Virus record (IMG/VR): IMGVR_UViG_3300038393_001027
Location: 1-64,000 of that record
Source: a virus
Direction: 5' to 3' (one strand)
DNA length: 64,000 bases
This document shows, piece by piece, positions 46,993 to 55,662 of this stretch (the stretch's first letter is position 1; every line of letters begins with the position of its first letter). Made by a program: the position numbers and the translations under genes. The notes beneath the pieces were generated by a model, which searched no databases, was not told the DNA's origin, and worked only from the letters and a program-made list of their open reading frames with translations.

Positions 46993-47304
46993 TCAAACCC
47001 CTTTCTTGTTCAGCCACGGTAACCGAAACTGACTCAGGTCCGTCACGGGCAGACCCTGCGCCAGCCGCTGGCGCCGGATGTGGTTGTTCAGATCGTCCCG
47101 CCGGGTGTTCTCCACGAGGATGGCCCGGTCCACATCAGCCGGGATGGTTGCCCCTTGAAAGTCGCCCTCAGCCACATTCAGCCCGTCGATCAGGGATTGA
47201 AGCGGATCCGCTTCAACCTGTACAGGTTGGGCTGGGGCCAGAAACGCCATGATCCGGGCCTCAACCGCCGCATAGTTCCCCGTCAGCCACTCCAGCGTCT
47301 TCAT
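46993..47304 (-). CDS. Hypothetical protein, possibly YaaL/DUF2508-like
   Basis: AEGDFQGATIPADVDRAIL resembles the F..AtdpdlID.AI pattern; weak match. Confidence 0.4.
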   Translation of the reverse strand: MKTLEWLTGNYAAVEARIMAFLAPAQPVQVEADPLQSLIDGLNVAEGDFQGATIPADVDRAILVENTRRDDLNNHIRRQRLAQGLPVTDLSQFRLPWLNKKGV

Positions 47305-47570
47305 CGCCCCGCCGCTCCTTCCGCATCGTCCTCGATGGTACCCAGCATCCAGCCCATCAACTCGCACAACCGGAAGAGCCGCTTCAGCGCCCGGATGTTG
47401 CGCCTCGCCACGGGCAAAACCCGCTCGAAGTTCCGCCGCTTCAGTTCCAATTCCGGAGACAAGGGCTGGGGCAACGCATTCAGGTCCCGGATGCCCAAGA
47501 GCAGAGAGTTCTCCCGACTCTCTGCTCTCCTCAGCGCCCACTCCAAGGCCTCCAGCAAGTCTTCGTTCAC
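47301..47570 (-). CDS. Hypothetical protein
   Basis: Tightly packed ORF. Confidence 0.55.
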   Translation of the reverse strand: MNEDLLEALEWALRRAESRENSLLLGIRDLNALPQPLSPELELKRRNFERVLPVARRNIRALKRLFRLCELMGWMLGTIEDDAEGAAGR

Positions 47571-47572
47571 GA

Positions 47573-48589
47573 TTACATCCCGACTCCCGTCCAGTAGTAG
47601 ATCGGATTTGCGTCAGCCGGGACTTCGTGGGGCCGCTCTGACCAGCTTGCATAGACCGGAACAAGCCGCTTGAACCACTCGATGTTGATGCCTGCCGCCT
47701 CATCCACGTTGTAGGTGTCGATGTACTGGAAGATCTGGCTACCCTCGTAACCACCGTAGAAGGTACCATAGATGCTCTGCCTGCGCTGGAAGAGTTGATC
47801 CATTCGCACAGCTTCGCCCTTCATGAGCCGCAGGCCAAACTCCTTTGCCTCCGGATCAATCTCCTTGTGCTGGTCAACATACGTCTGGATCCACGCTGAA
47901 TTGACCAGCGTCGCATGATGCCACGGGTTACCCATGCGGGCGAAGAGCAACTCAGCCCGCTGGTAGTTCAGTACATTCAGCCCCGTCCGTGACTGGACAA
48001 TCGTACGCCACACCTTAGGGCCAAAGTCGTAAATCCGAGGGTTCATGGCGTAGCCTGCAATCGCCTTCTCGCCTTTCTGCCCGAAGATGGTCACCCGCTT
48101 CGGCTCCTGATGCTTGAGCAGGGCCTCGCCAAACGGCCGCAGGAGTTCCCGCCGGGCCGCCGCTTCCCCCTCTACGCCGATGGCGCTCCAGCTAAACCCG
48201 AAGGAAATCTCCCGACGCCACGCCTCGGGCGTCATCCACTGGGCAAAAGATCGCTCGTCGATCAGCCGCATGAACGCCCGGCCCAGATCAGTCGGCACGG
48301 GCGCCGGGCAGTTGCGCTTGTCACGGTCGTAGTGACACTCGTGCTCACCTACGTACTCGATCAGCCCCAGCCGCTTCAACTGCTTGATCTGCTTCAGGTC
48401 AAGGCTGAGTTCGTCTTCAAAGTAGTGCTTGCAGACACCACTGCCCCAGCCGTCCAACAGCCGATAGAACATGCCATACAAGGCATCCTTGGTGGTCGGC
48501 GTCAGCTTGATCATGTAGTCAGCTTCCGTCACCGGGTTCTGATACAGTAAGGGCGCCGGGGCCTTATGCGACCAGATCTGCATGGACAT
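47573..48589 (-). CDS. Hypothetical protein with N-terminal wHTH-like segment
   Basis: KQIKQLKRLGLIEY..PTDLGR. Confidence 0.7.
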   Translation of the reverse strand: MSMQIWSHKAPAPLLYQNPVTEADYMIKLTPTTKDALYGMFYRLLDGWGSGVCKHYFEDELSLDLKQIKQLKRLGLIEYVGEHECHYDRDKRNCPAPVPTDLGRAFMRLIDERSFAQWMTPEAWRREISFGFSWSAIGVEGEAAARRELLRPFGEALLKHQEPKRVTIFGQKGEKAIAGYAMNPRIYDFGPKVWRTIVQSRTGLNVLNYQRAELLFARMGNPWHHATLVNSAWIQTYVDQHKEIDPEAKEFGLRLMKGEAVRMDQLFQRRQSIYGTFYGGYEGSQIFQYIDTYNVDEAAGINIEWFKRLVPVYASWSERPHEVPADANPIYYWTGVGM

Positions 48590-48632
48590 GAGGAATCGCG
48601 CTCCTTTTGATTGGGGCGGGCGCCCCGTGGTG

Positions 48633-48929
48633 TTAGGCCTCGATCAACGGGACCTTAATGATACTGACGGTTGTCACCCAATAAAACGACACGTCAACAC
48701 CCTTGAAGCCATGGCGCCGAAGCACTGTTTGCACAGGATTCCGGCCACCCGCCAGCCGCTTCTGCAAGATACGCTCACTGTAGTCGCAGTTGTACAGGTC
48801 CTTCTGTAGCGCATCCGCCTTTGCCTCAGCCTGTGGTCCGGCGAAGACACCCACGATGTCTAGCCGCTCGTGGGGATCATCGCCTGCCATGACCACGTAA
48901 GCCAACGTGAACTTTGCCATGATCTTCAC
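48633..48929 (-). CDS. Hypothetical protein
   Basis: Leader hairpin and AAGGAG RBS. Confidence 0.6.
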   Translation of the reverse strand: MKIMAKFTLAYVVMAGDDPHERLDIVGVFAGPQAEAKADALQKDLYNCDYSERILQKRLAGGRNPVQTVLRRHGFKGVDVSFYWVTTVSIIKVPLIEA

Positions 48930-48971
48930 TCCTTGGGGGCCGGGTGGTCCGGCCCCCCCTCGCCGCTTGGT

Positions 48972-49658
48972 TTAGAAGCTGAAGTCGTAGTACTCACTCC
49001 GGGCGCCCAGCCCGATGGAGTAGTTGCGATCCTTGATCGTACCCTTGATCCAGTAGATCCGCCCGTTACGCTCGACCCGCCGGGCGTCGTAGGTCTGGCC
49101 CTCCGGGTCCCGCTCGAAGCGGTAATCCTGCGATTCGCTCATGCCGTTCGTGTCAATGCGCTCGGCTCGGTCCTGCTGGACCTCGACGCCCTTGACCCGG
49201 CCGTCCTTGGTGAACAGGACCTTGCTGACCGTGGCCGCATGGCGGTCGCTGAACATGATGACCGTCGCCGGGGCGCCCACCACCGGGCCGATGACGTCGT
49301 AGATCATGGAGAGGATGCCGCCCTCACCGTGCGGGTAGTCCGTCCGGTTGTCATAGGGGACCACGTTCCCTGCCGGGTCTACGATCTGGTAGTGCCGCTC
49401 GATGCGCTCCTCCGGGGCCTTGCCGGGCGGGCGCACCGTGAAGGTATGCGTGTCGGTCAGGTAGAGCTTGTAGCCAGCCGCATGGAGCTTTGCCATGGTC
49501 TCGGCCAGCACCTCCGGCACCATCTCGGTGGAGTCGGTCGGATGCGGGCCGTTCGGTAGCTCAGTCCACGTGGAGCGGTCACGACGGTTCGGTAGGTTGG
49601 CGATGACGGTCTGCAGGCGGGAGCTAGTCTGCTGGGTGCTCATACGTTCGGTGGTCAT
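48972..49658 (-). CDS. Phage hypothetical protein
   Basis: First gene after element copy 10; SDRHAAT..NGMSESQDY..YYDFSF. Confidence 0.7.
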   Translation of the reverse strand: MTTERMSTQQTSSRLQTVIANLPNRRDRSTWTELPNGPHPTDSTEMVPEVLAETMAKLHAAGYKLYLTDTHTFTVRPPGKAPEERIERHYQIVDPAGNVVPYDNRTDYPHGEGGILSMIYDVIGPVVGAPATVIMFSDRHAATVSKVLFTKDGRVKGVEVQQDRAERIDTNGMSESQDYRFERDPEGQTYDARRVERNGRIYWIKGTIKDRNYSIGLGARSEYYDFSF

Positions 49659-49682
49659 GTGGTTATCCCCCTTGTTGTTGAT

Positions 49683-49743
49683 GGGGGGCGGGGTTGCGCC
49701 CCCCTCATTACTCTCGTACACCGGGCCTCTGGCGCTGTGACAG
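49683..49743 (-). promoter_or_regulatory. Class I cassette element, copy 10
   Basis: CTGTCACAG CGCCAGAGGCCC GGTGTAC GAGAG TAATGA GGGGGGCG..CGCCCCCC. Confidence 0.85.
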
Positions 49744-49747
49744 TCCT

Positions 49748-49770
49748 AGTGTAGCCGGGTCCTTGGACAA
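49748..49770 (-). promoter_or_regulatory. Class II promoter-like site in tandem with copy 10
   Basis: TTGTCCAA GGACCCGGC TACACT. Confidence 0.45.
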
Positions 49771-49807
49771 ATATGCACAATCAGAAGCCCACAAAGCCGG
49801 GGCAGGA

Positions 49808-50206
49808 CTAGAATGGATGCTCCGGCAGGGCGCCCTCAAGACCCAGCGTCTCGATGACCCGCTCAACAGAACCTACCCGGTCACCCTCTTCCAGACCCTC
49901 GAAGATGGCGTCACGCACTGCCTCAGCCTTGGACTTGGCCGCTAGGCAGGCGTCGTCGCTCTTTTTGCCAACACCGACGAAGAAGCACAGGACTTCGGTT
50001 TCCGGTCCGAAGTTGTCGCTGTACCCACCGCTGACCGTAGAGACAGCCAACACTTGGTACCCCACGATGATCTTGCCGTCCGGAGCATTCTTCAGCCCCA
50101 CAGACCGCGCCTGTGCATCCGTCAACCCGTGCCACAGGGGCAGGACCTCGATCTTGAAGCACTGATCCGTATTAACCGGGGTCCCGTCTAGCGCTCTAAT
50201 CCACAT
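49808..50206 (-). CDS. Hypothetical protein
   Basis: GAGGAGG RBS before MWIRALDG. Confidence 0.6.
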   Translation of the reverse strand: MWIRALDGTPVNTDQCFKIEVLPLWHGLTDAQARSVGLKNAPDGKIIVGYQVLAVSTVSGGYSDNFGPETEVLCFFVGVGKKSDDACLAAKSKAEAVRDAIFEGLEEGDRVGSVERVIETLGLEGALPEHPF

Positions 50207-50552
50207 CTTCCACAGCCTCCTCGTGGGTGACGCCAGCCGCCCGCTGGATCTGTTCAATGAAGTCCTGCCGGAACCGCCCGTCCTCGTCATAGTTGGCCGG
50301 GTCGGCGCCGGGTACGTGCCAGCCGAACATGGACCCTGCACTCATCGCCTCAGCCTGCCCCTTGGTGATGCCCATCTCCGCGTTCAACTCGTCGGCCGGG
50401 AGCTTGCGCATGTGCTCATCCTTGAGCGGGTAGAAGCCCATCTCACCCCGGCGGATGCCGATCGTCTCCCCGGTCGTCCGGTTGGTACCGTAACAGGCCG
50501 CCGGAAGTCCTCCGAACGTCGGATGCACCTTGTACAGATCCTGCTCAGACAT
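50196..50552 (-). CDS. Mobile-element hypothetical protein
   Basis: IRRGEMGFYP..ADELN..GIT..AEAM..GSMFGW.VPGADP motif. Confidence 0.7.
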   Translation of the reverse strand: MSEQDLYKVHPTFGGLPAACYGTNRTTGETIGIRRGEMGFYPLKDEHMRKLPADELNAEMGITKGQAEAMSAGSMFGWHVPGADPANYDEDGRFRQDFIEQIQRAAGVTHEEAVEDVD

Positions 50553-50593
50553 GTGTACTCGCTCTCCTTTCAGATGTGGGCCGGGGCCGGGGG

Positions 50594-51217
50594 TTACCCG
50601 GCCTGCTTCTTGTTCTTGGTACCTTCAGCCTTGCCTGCCGACTTGCCACGGGCGCCGCTGGCGCCCTTCTTGGCGTCATGTGACACCTTAGGCGTCTTCG
50701 ACGTCTTGGGCGCCGCCTTGGTCTTGCTGGGGGCCTTGGGCGGGGTCTCAGGGGCGGCGCGTTCAGCAAGCTCCGCAAGCTGGCGCCGATCCGCCCGTGC
50801 CGCCCGGCCCGCCGCTCGTTTGGCCTGCGTATCGGCCTGCACCTTATCCCACCCGGTCAACTCCCGTTTGGCCGGGGTCTGCGCCTCAAACACGATGGGG
50901 GTCTCAGCCTTGGCCTTAGCTGGCTTGGCCGGGCGCTCAGGCTTGGTGGGCGCCTTGTACTCGACACCCTTGAGCTTCCCAAGGATGCCCTCGAACAGAT
51001 CAGCCTCCAGAAGCTGGGGCTTCTCAAAGCCCGGCTTCCCGTCAGCACCGATGGAGCGCTGGGCAATCTTCACGAAGTGCTTCGTGATGCCGTGCGCAAC
51101 CATCGTCGATTCAACGACTCGAACCTCCGTCTGGGTCTCCGTGTTCTGCCGGATGAAGCTCGCCAGCGTACGGCCCTCGATGAATTCGTAGTCCGTCTTC
51201 TGCTTATCGTCTGCCAT
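50594..51217 (-). CDS. Putative DNA-binding protein with histone-like Lys/Ala tail
   Basis: First gene after element copy 11; C-terminal half is very K/A-rich. Confidence 0.65.
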   Translation of the reverse strand: MADDKQKTDYEFIEGRTLASFIRQNTETQTEVRVVESTMVAHGITKHFVKIAQRSIGADGKPGFEKPQLLEADLFEGILGKLKGVEYKAPTKPERPAKPAKAKAETPIVFEAQTPAKRELTGWDKVQADTQAKRAAGRAARADRRQLAELAERAAPETPPKAPSKTKAAPKTSKTPKVSHDAKKGASGARGKSAGKAEGTKNKKQAG

Positions 51218-51244
51218 GTGTGATGCAACCCCTTCGGTTTGATT

Positions 51245-51305
51245 GGGGGCGATAGTCGCCGCCCCCTCATTATTTCCGTACACCGGGCCTCTAGGCCTGT
51301 GACAC
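51245..51305 (-). promoter_or_regulatory. Class I cassette element, copy 11
   Basis: GTGTCACAG GCCTAGAGGCCC GGTGTAC GGAAA TAATGA GGGGGCG..CGCCCCC. Confidence 0.85.
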
Positions 51306-51506
51306 AGCCTTTATCAGCAGGCTTGCGGCATAGCCGTGCCAGCGCTCGTCATCAAGTTGGGTCTCCGTGAAGACCACCATCGTACGGCCACGCCGGACAA
51401 TCCGGCGCACCTTGCCCGGCCGGGATGTTCCGGCCGGGCGCCGCAAGGCTACCATGTCACCGATGACCACCCGGCCATCCCAGATCGTGGCGCTTTTGCA
51501 GTCCAT
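51291..51506 (-). CDS. Small protein ending inside element copy 11 (VSQA*)
   Basis: Stop codon lies in the element. Confidence 0.55.
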   Translation of the reverse strand: MDCKSATIWDGRVVIGDMVALRRPAGTSRPGKVRRIVRRGRTMVVFTETQLDDERWHGYAASLLIKAVSQA

Positions 51507-51507
51507 G

Positions 51508-51975
51508 CTAGGCGCCCTGCTTCCAGTAACGGTTCTCGATGGGGCCGTGGTTCATGACCGTATCACAGTCGTACATGGCCCAGCGTCCGGTTGACACCGA
51601 CTCAAAGCTGAATGGAGCCACAATCTCAATCTTCTCGATGACCTTACCGCTGACATCCATGTCTACGATCAGATCACCTACCGATAAGCTGTTCATGTTG
51701 TAGCAATCATACCCTGCCTGCCGAGCCTCCTCATCCAGATGCTCCAACACACCAACCGGATCCTCTTCAACCCGGTTGAACTCACGGAAGATGTGCTGAT
51801 CACGCTGAAGCGGAGTTAGCTCACCTTCCCAGACCATGCGGTAGAGGGGCGCTGTCTTCTCGGTGAAGCATCCCTTCCGTGCGTCAAAGTAGGCCTTCAG
51901 CGTCTCCGAGTCAATTGGCTGACCTGCCCCATCGAAAACCTTATTCATGTCGATCTGGTAGATGCGAACCATCAT
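51508..51975 (-). CDS. YodL-like domain protein
   Basis: RIYQI..YRMVWEGEL..IFREFN..SLSVGDLIV. Confidence 0.65.
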   Translation of the reverse strand: MMVRIYQIDMNKVFDGAGQPIDSETLKAYFDARKGCFTEKTAPLYRMVWEGELTPLQRDQHIFREFNRVEEDPVGVLEHLDEEARQAGYDCYNMNSLSVGDLIVDMDVSGKVIEKIEIVAPFSFESVSTGRWAMYDCDTVMNHGPIENRYWKQGA

Positions 51976-52032
51976 GCTGATGACCACCTTTCGTTTGATG
52001 GGGGCGGGGTGGCCGCCCCCGTTGTGCCTTAG

Positions 52033-52710
52033 CTACGCTGAGACAACTACCACGGCGTGCTCCAGCGTCGGGATCTCCTGCCGACGGTTCCGGTCGTAGC
52101 CTTGCGATGCCCACAGCAGGTAGAACCGATCGTAGATCTTCTCGACCATGGCCGTTTGCACCCCAGCCTTGTAGACGTACCACTGGTTCTCGTTCTCCTG
52201 CAGGATCTCGATGGCCTCCGGGTCGGTCACCTTGAAGGGGACGTGATCGAACAGGGAAACACGCTTCAACTTACCGCCTACGCAGATGTAGGCCTCATGA
52301 TCCGACTTCAGCGTTCCATTCGGGAAGTAGCACTTCGTCCACGCGATGGCGTGTGCCACCTGCTGAGGCTTACCCGTCAGTCCATGGAGGTGGGTACCCA
52401 TATCCCGAACCACCCAGACGAAACCGTTTGTCAGATAGTCAGGGTGCTTCGCCAGCGCCTCTAAGTCATGCAAGAAGTCCTCGTGGTAGGCGTTGATCTT
52501 CTTCGATGCGATCTCGGCCATCTGCTGGACCACCGGGTTGGCGCCCAGCTTGCGCCACAGACGCTGGATGCTCTTCAGCCGGGCCTCGTACGTGCGAAGC
52601 TCTTCCATACGGAACTCGGTAGAGCCGTGCTCCTCGATGCAGGCCTTCATGCTCTGAATGCCGTCTTTGCACTTGGTCTCGATCACGGTCACAATGGCAG
52701 GCTTCGTCAT
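52033..52710 (-). CDS. Hypothetical protein
   Basis: First gene after element copy 12. Confidence 0.7.
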   Translation of the reverse strand: MTKPAIVTVIETKCKDGIQSMKACIEEHGSTEFRMEELRTYEARLKSIQRLWRKLGANPVVQQMAEIASKKINAYHEDFLHDLEALAKHPDYLTNGFVWVVRDMGTHLHGLTGKPQQVAHAIAWTKCYFPNGTLKSDHEAYICVGGKLKRVSLFDHVPFKVTDPEAIEILQENENQWYVYKAGVQTAMVEKIYDRFYLLWASQGYDRNRRQEIPTLEHAVVVVSA

Positions 52711-52734
52711 GGTGGGGTCCCCCTTGGTTTTGTT

Positions 52735-52792
52735 GGGGGCGCAGGGCGCCCCCTCATTTCTCTCGTACACCGGGCTACTGAAGCTGTGACAC
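52735..52792 (-). promoter_or_regulatory. Class I cassette element, copy 12
   Basis: GTGTCACAG CTTCAGTAGCCC GGTGTAC GAGAG AAATGA GGGGGCGC..GCGCCCCC. Confidence 0.85.
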
Positions 52793-53104
52793 CTTGGTAT
52801 AGATGGCGTTCAGCCGCCGCAGGTACTCATCCGCCCGGCCACGGAGCCAGTCGATGCGGCCAGCCTCGTCCTCGGAGAAGACCGGGCCGTAGCTGTTAAG
52901 ACCGTCGATGAAGTTCAGTACGCCAATCGCCCGCGCCAGCCAGCGGCTGGCATTCTTGTAGTACTCCGCTAGACGGCGCCCAGCCGCCGGGTTGGAGAAT
53001 GCGTACTCAGCAACGTTTTCAGCCGCCTTTAAAATCTCTAAGGTCTTGTCGATGTCCTGCGTCAGCGCCGCGATGCCTGCCTGCTGGGCCTTGATGTCAA
53101 GCAT
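52775..53104 (-). CDS. Hypothetical protein ending inside element copy 12 (VSQLQ*)
   Basis: AAGGAG RBS after a class II promoter; stop codon lies in the element. Confidence 0.65.
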   Translation of the reverse strand: MLDIKAQQAGIAALTQDIDKTLEILKAAENVAEYAFSNPAAGRRLAEYYKNASRWLARAIGVLNFIDGLNSYGPVFSEDEAGRIDWLRGRADEYLRRLNAIYTKVSQLQ

Positions 53105-53126
53105 GCCGATCCGCTCCTTCGCTATC

Positions 53127-53147
53127 ATTATGGACGATCTTGGACAA
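53127..53147 (-). promoter_or_regulatory. Class II promoter
   Basis: TTGTCCAA GATCGTC CATAAT; nearly identical to 10622-10642. Confidence 0.6.
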
Positions 53148-53177
53148 CTACACACATGGGAAAGGCAGGGAGCGCTT

Positions 53178-53387
53178 CTAACCGAAGCGCTCCGTCGTCT
53201 TGAAACGGGCCTCAGCTTCAAGATAGGCCTCGTCAGGGTCTCTGGGATGGGCCAGAACCGTTAGCTCCGTGCCATCCTTGAACCAGAAGGTCATGCTGTC
53301 GTCCCAAAGCTCAACGCGGTCGATCAACTTACCTTCGAAGACCTCAGTTAGGCGCTTGGATGCCTGCTCCTTCATTCCAAACCCCAC
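53178..53387 (-). CDS. Small hypothetical protein
   Basis: Tightly packed ORF. Confidence 0.55.
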   Translation of the reverse strand: MGFGMKEQASKRLTEVFEGKLIDRVELWDDSMTFWFKDGTELTVLAHPRDPDEAYLEAEARFKTTERFG

Positions 53388-53773
53388 CTTTTCCGCAGTT
53401 CAGTGTGCAGGGCCTTGTAGATGGTCCGGGTCTTCAACCACTCCACCGGGTCAGCGTTCATTAACGCCTCCATCTCACGTTCGAAAGCGTCCTGCGCTCC
53501 ATCACCGTGGGGCCGCGTACCAAAGACGTAGTAACGCAGGATGAACGCATCTAGGTAGCGCTTTGCGTTCCGCTCCAACATACACACGGTGTTGTGCAAG
53601 TGGTTGGTATCCATCTGCGACGGAACCAGCTTGCGTCCGTCACGGGTTACCCAGATCGTGGAGTCCAACCACGTCAGGTCATCGTCAGACACCACCTGCT
53701 TAGGCGCCACCCGCTTGGATGGCGCCTTCGGCGCAGGCTTCAGCCAGCCGAACAGCTTCTGCCACAGGTTCAT
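53372..53773 (-). CDS. Hypothetical protein
   Basis: WVTRDGR..QMDTNHLHNT motif. Confidence 0.65.
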   Translation of the reverse strand: MNLWQKLFGWLKPAPKAPSKRVAPKQVVSDDDLTWLDSTIWVTRDGRKLVPSQMDTNHLHNTVCMLERNAKRYLDAFILRYYVFGTRPHGDGAQDAFEREMEALMNADPVEWLKTRTIYKALHTELRKRWGLE

Positions 53774-53775
53774 TC

Positions 53776-54033
53776 CTACTTACCCCCCACGTAGATGCTG
53801 TAGACCTCGACCGGGGCCATGGCCCGCTCGTTCCCCTCCGGGTAAACGTTCAGGTGGTAGCCTGTGCCTGCCCCGCTCAGGGCATCCATCGAAGTAGAGA
53901 CCCCGCACGGCTCGTTTGTAGGATCCCCGGTGCCGTGGTAGTGTCGGACGCCGTACTCAGCACAGATGTCTTGTACGATCTCCCAAGCCTTGGACCACGT
54001 GGCCGCCTTGTGCACCTTGCGTTCCTTCAGCAT
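53776..54033 (-). CDS. Hypothetical protein
   Basis: First gene after element copy 13. Confidence 0.6.
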   Translation of the reverse strand: MLKERKVHKAATWSKAWEIVQDICAEYGVRHYHGTGDPTNEPCGVSTSMDALSGAGTGYHLNVYPEGNERAMAPVEVYSIYVGGK

Positions 54034-54057
54034 GATCACTCCACCCTTCGTTTGATT

Positions 54058-54113
54058 GGGGGCCGGGCGCCCCCTCATTATTCTCGTACACCTGCCCACA
54101 AAGGCTGTGACAG
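54058..54113 (-). promoter_or_regulatory. Class I cassette element, copy 13
   Basis: CTGTCACAG CCTTTGTGGGCA GGTGTAC GAGAA TAATGA GGGGGC..GCCCCC. Confidence 0.85.
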
Positions 54114-54114
54114 G

Positions 54115-54500
54115 TTATTATTTTAGAAAATTCTGGCACACTTCCCCATATATCTATATATAGATATAGATATAGATAGATATAGATAGATATTTAAATA
54201 AATCATCATTCATATCATTATCATCATCTAGATCAATCTCAAGCCTTTTGGTTTCCGGCCGGGGCCGCTGGGGCAACTACCCTTTTTGTGGGTCGCAACT
54301 CGTTATCCTTTGAAAGGCTATCAACTCGGTGACTCTGAAAGTAACACACTTCACCGCCGCTGAGCCGCGAAAAAATAAAAAGAAAAACACCCGGCGATTT
54401 TTATTTTTACTTTTGGGGGAGGGGGGGCCTCTTTTGAAAATGTAATGCGTGAAAGGCTACCAGTTGATAGCCTTTCACGCATTTGACGTTGCCGTCGGGT
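54115..54500. other. AT-rich non-coding region, putative replication origin
   Basis: ORF-free; 20-bp palindrome TATATCTATATATAGATATA (54149-54168), ATAGAT repeats, inverted A/T tracts and a long hairpin at 54444-54483. Confidence 0.5.
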
Positions 54501-54501
54501 T

Positions 54502-55098
54502 TCAGGTGGTCTCGATCTCGTCAATGATGATCAGTTCAGCGTCAAGTCCAGTACCCAAATACTCGGGGTGCCCGTTTGTCGTCCGGTAGTATAGGTAGCT
54601 GGTTGGCTGTGTCTGCGCTTTGGGCTTCCGGTTCCGGGATCGGAACTTGGGGCGTCTGCATCGCTCGCCAAGGCGCTGTATGAGGGATTTAGCGCCCCCG
54701 ATCCCTGCGGGCCGCTCACCCTTCGTCCGGATCAGTGCGTAGTCGCCCCAGCTTCCCAGCCGCAGGAACCGCTCGGACTGGATGAACAGGTTCGCTTCAC
54801 GGCGGCTGGGCGCCCATGCGATGCTCTGCCCGATCACTCGGTCGAAGATGCGCCAGCCGGGTCTGGTTACGTCCTTCAAGAGCTTGCGGTACTGTTCATT
54901 CATCCGGGACACCTCCCGCGGGTTCCGGAAATACCGGGTCGGGATGCCTGACGCCTCACACAACTGCATCAGCAGACGCTTCTCGTATTCTGCCATGTTC
55001 ACTTCGAACGTACCACGCAACGGCATGATCTGTACACCGTTGCGGCCGATCGTCTTGCCCTGTGCATGGGCCTTCAGCGCTTCTTCAAAGCTTGCCAT
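54502..55098 (-). CDS. Hypothetical protein
   Basis: ORF ends in a Walker-B-like LIIIDE; no Walker A seen. Confidence 0.6.
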   Translation of the reverse strand: MASFEEALKAHAQGKTIGRNGVQIMPLRGTFEVNMAEYEKRLLMQLCEASGIPTRYFRNPREVSRMNEQYRKLLKDVTRPGWRIFDRVIGQSIAWAPSRREANLFIQSERFLRLGSWGDYALIRTKGERPAGIGGAKSLIQRLGERCRRPKFRSRNRKPKAQTQPTSYLYYRTTNGHPEYLGTGLDAELIIIDEIETT

Positions 55099-55662
55099 CT
55101 AACGGGCCTCCTTTAGGTAGTACGTGTCGCCCCGCTCCAGTGCCGCTTTGACCGCCGCTTCTAGTAAGTCGGTTGTTCCAGCCTCACCACTCGCCCGGTC
55201 AAGGTATTTGAGCGCGGCGGCTTCGTCTAGGCGCACAAGTGGTTGAACTTTGCGGTAGCTGTTCAGCATCAGGATCTCGCCTGAAGGCTCATAGGTGAAG
55301 TAGACCTTGTTGGGGTCCAGCTTCATCAGGCTCACGTAGCTCCGAAAGACGTGACGGCCAACGTTGCTTAGGATGGTGTAGAACCACGGCCGGGCGCCCG
55401 GCGGGGCCGTCTGGGGCGGAATTCGGCGCCCCAGACGAAGGTGCCCCGTCAGTGGCCGCTCCGGGGGAAACCACTCATAGCCGTCTTCGTCAGGCATGAA
55501 AACCTGAACCATGGTAATGTCGTGGTTGGTGTGGAACTTCGCCTGCGCGTGCGCATACAGCCAATCGAAGTTCTCAGCAGTGTTAGGCGTTGGGACCGGG
55601 AGGCGCGTTTCCCATGGACGCCCCCGGTCGCCAAACCACTTGAAAGTTGCCTGATGGCTCAC
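55099..55662 (-). CDS. Hypothetical protein
   Basis: GTGA-coupled to the upstream gene. Confidence 0.6.
   Translation of the reverse strand: MSHQATFKWFGDRGRPWETRLPVPTPNTAENFDWLYAHAQAKFHTNHDITMVQVFMPDEDGYEWFPPERPLTGHLRLGRRIPPQTAPPGARPWFYTILSNVGRHVFRSYVSLMKLDPNKVYFTYEPSGEILMLNSYRKVQPLVRLDEAAALKYLDRASGEAGTTDLLEAAVKAALERGDTYYLKEAR

Noticed and set aside
6264-54099. ORF-track N-terminal extensions such as MYxxNEG or MRG on several genes
   Set aside because: They are translations of the repeated element (GTGTAC..AATGAGGG). Each gene has a proper RBS and start codon downstream of the hairpin.
54502-54560. Terminase or helicase call from the C-terminal LIIIDE motif
   Set aside because: There is no Walker A or other supporting motif, and the ORF ends right after it.
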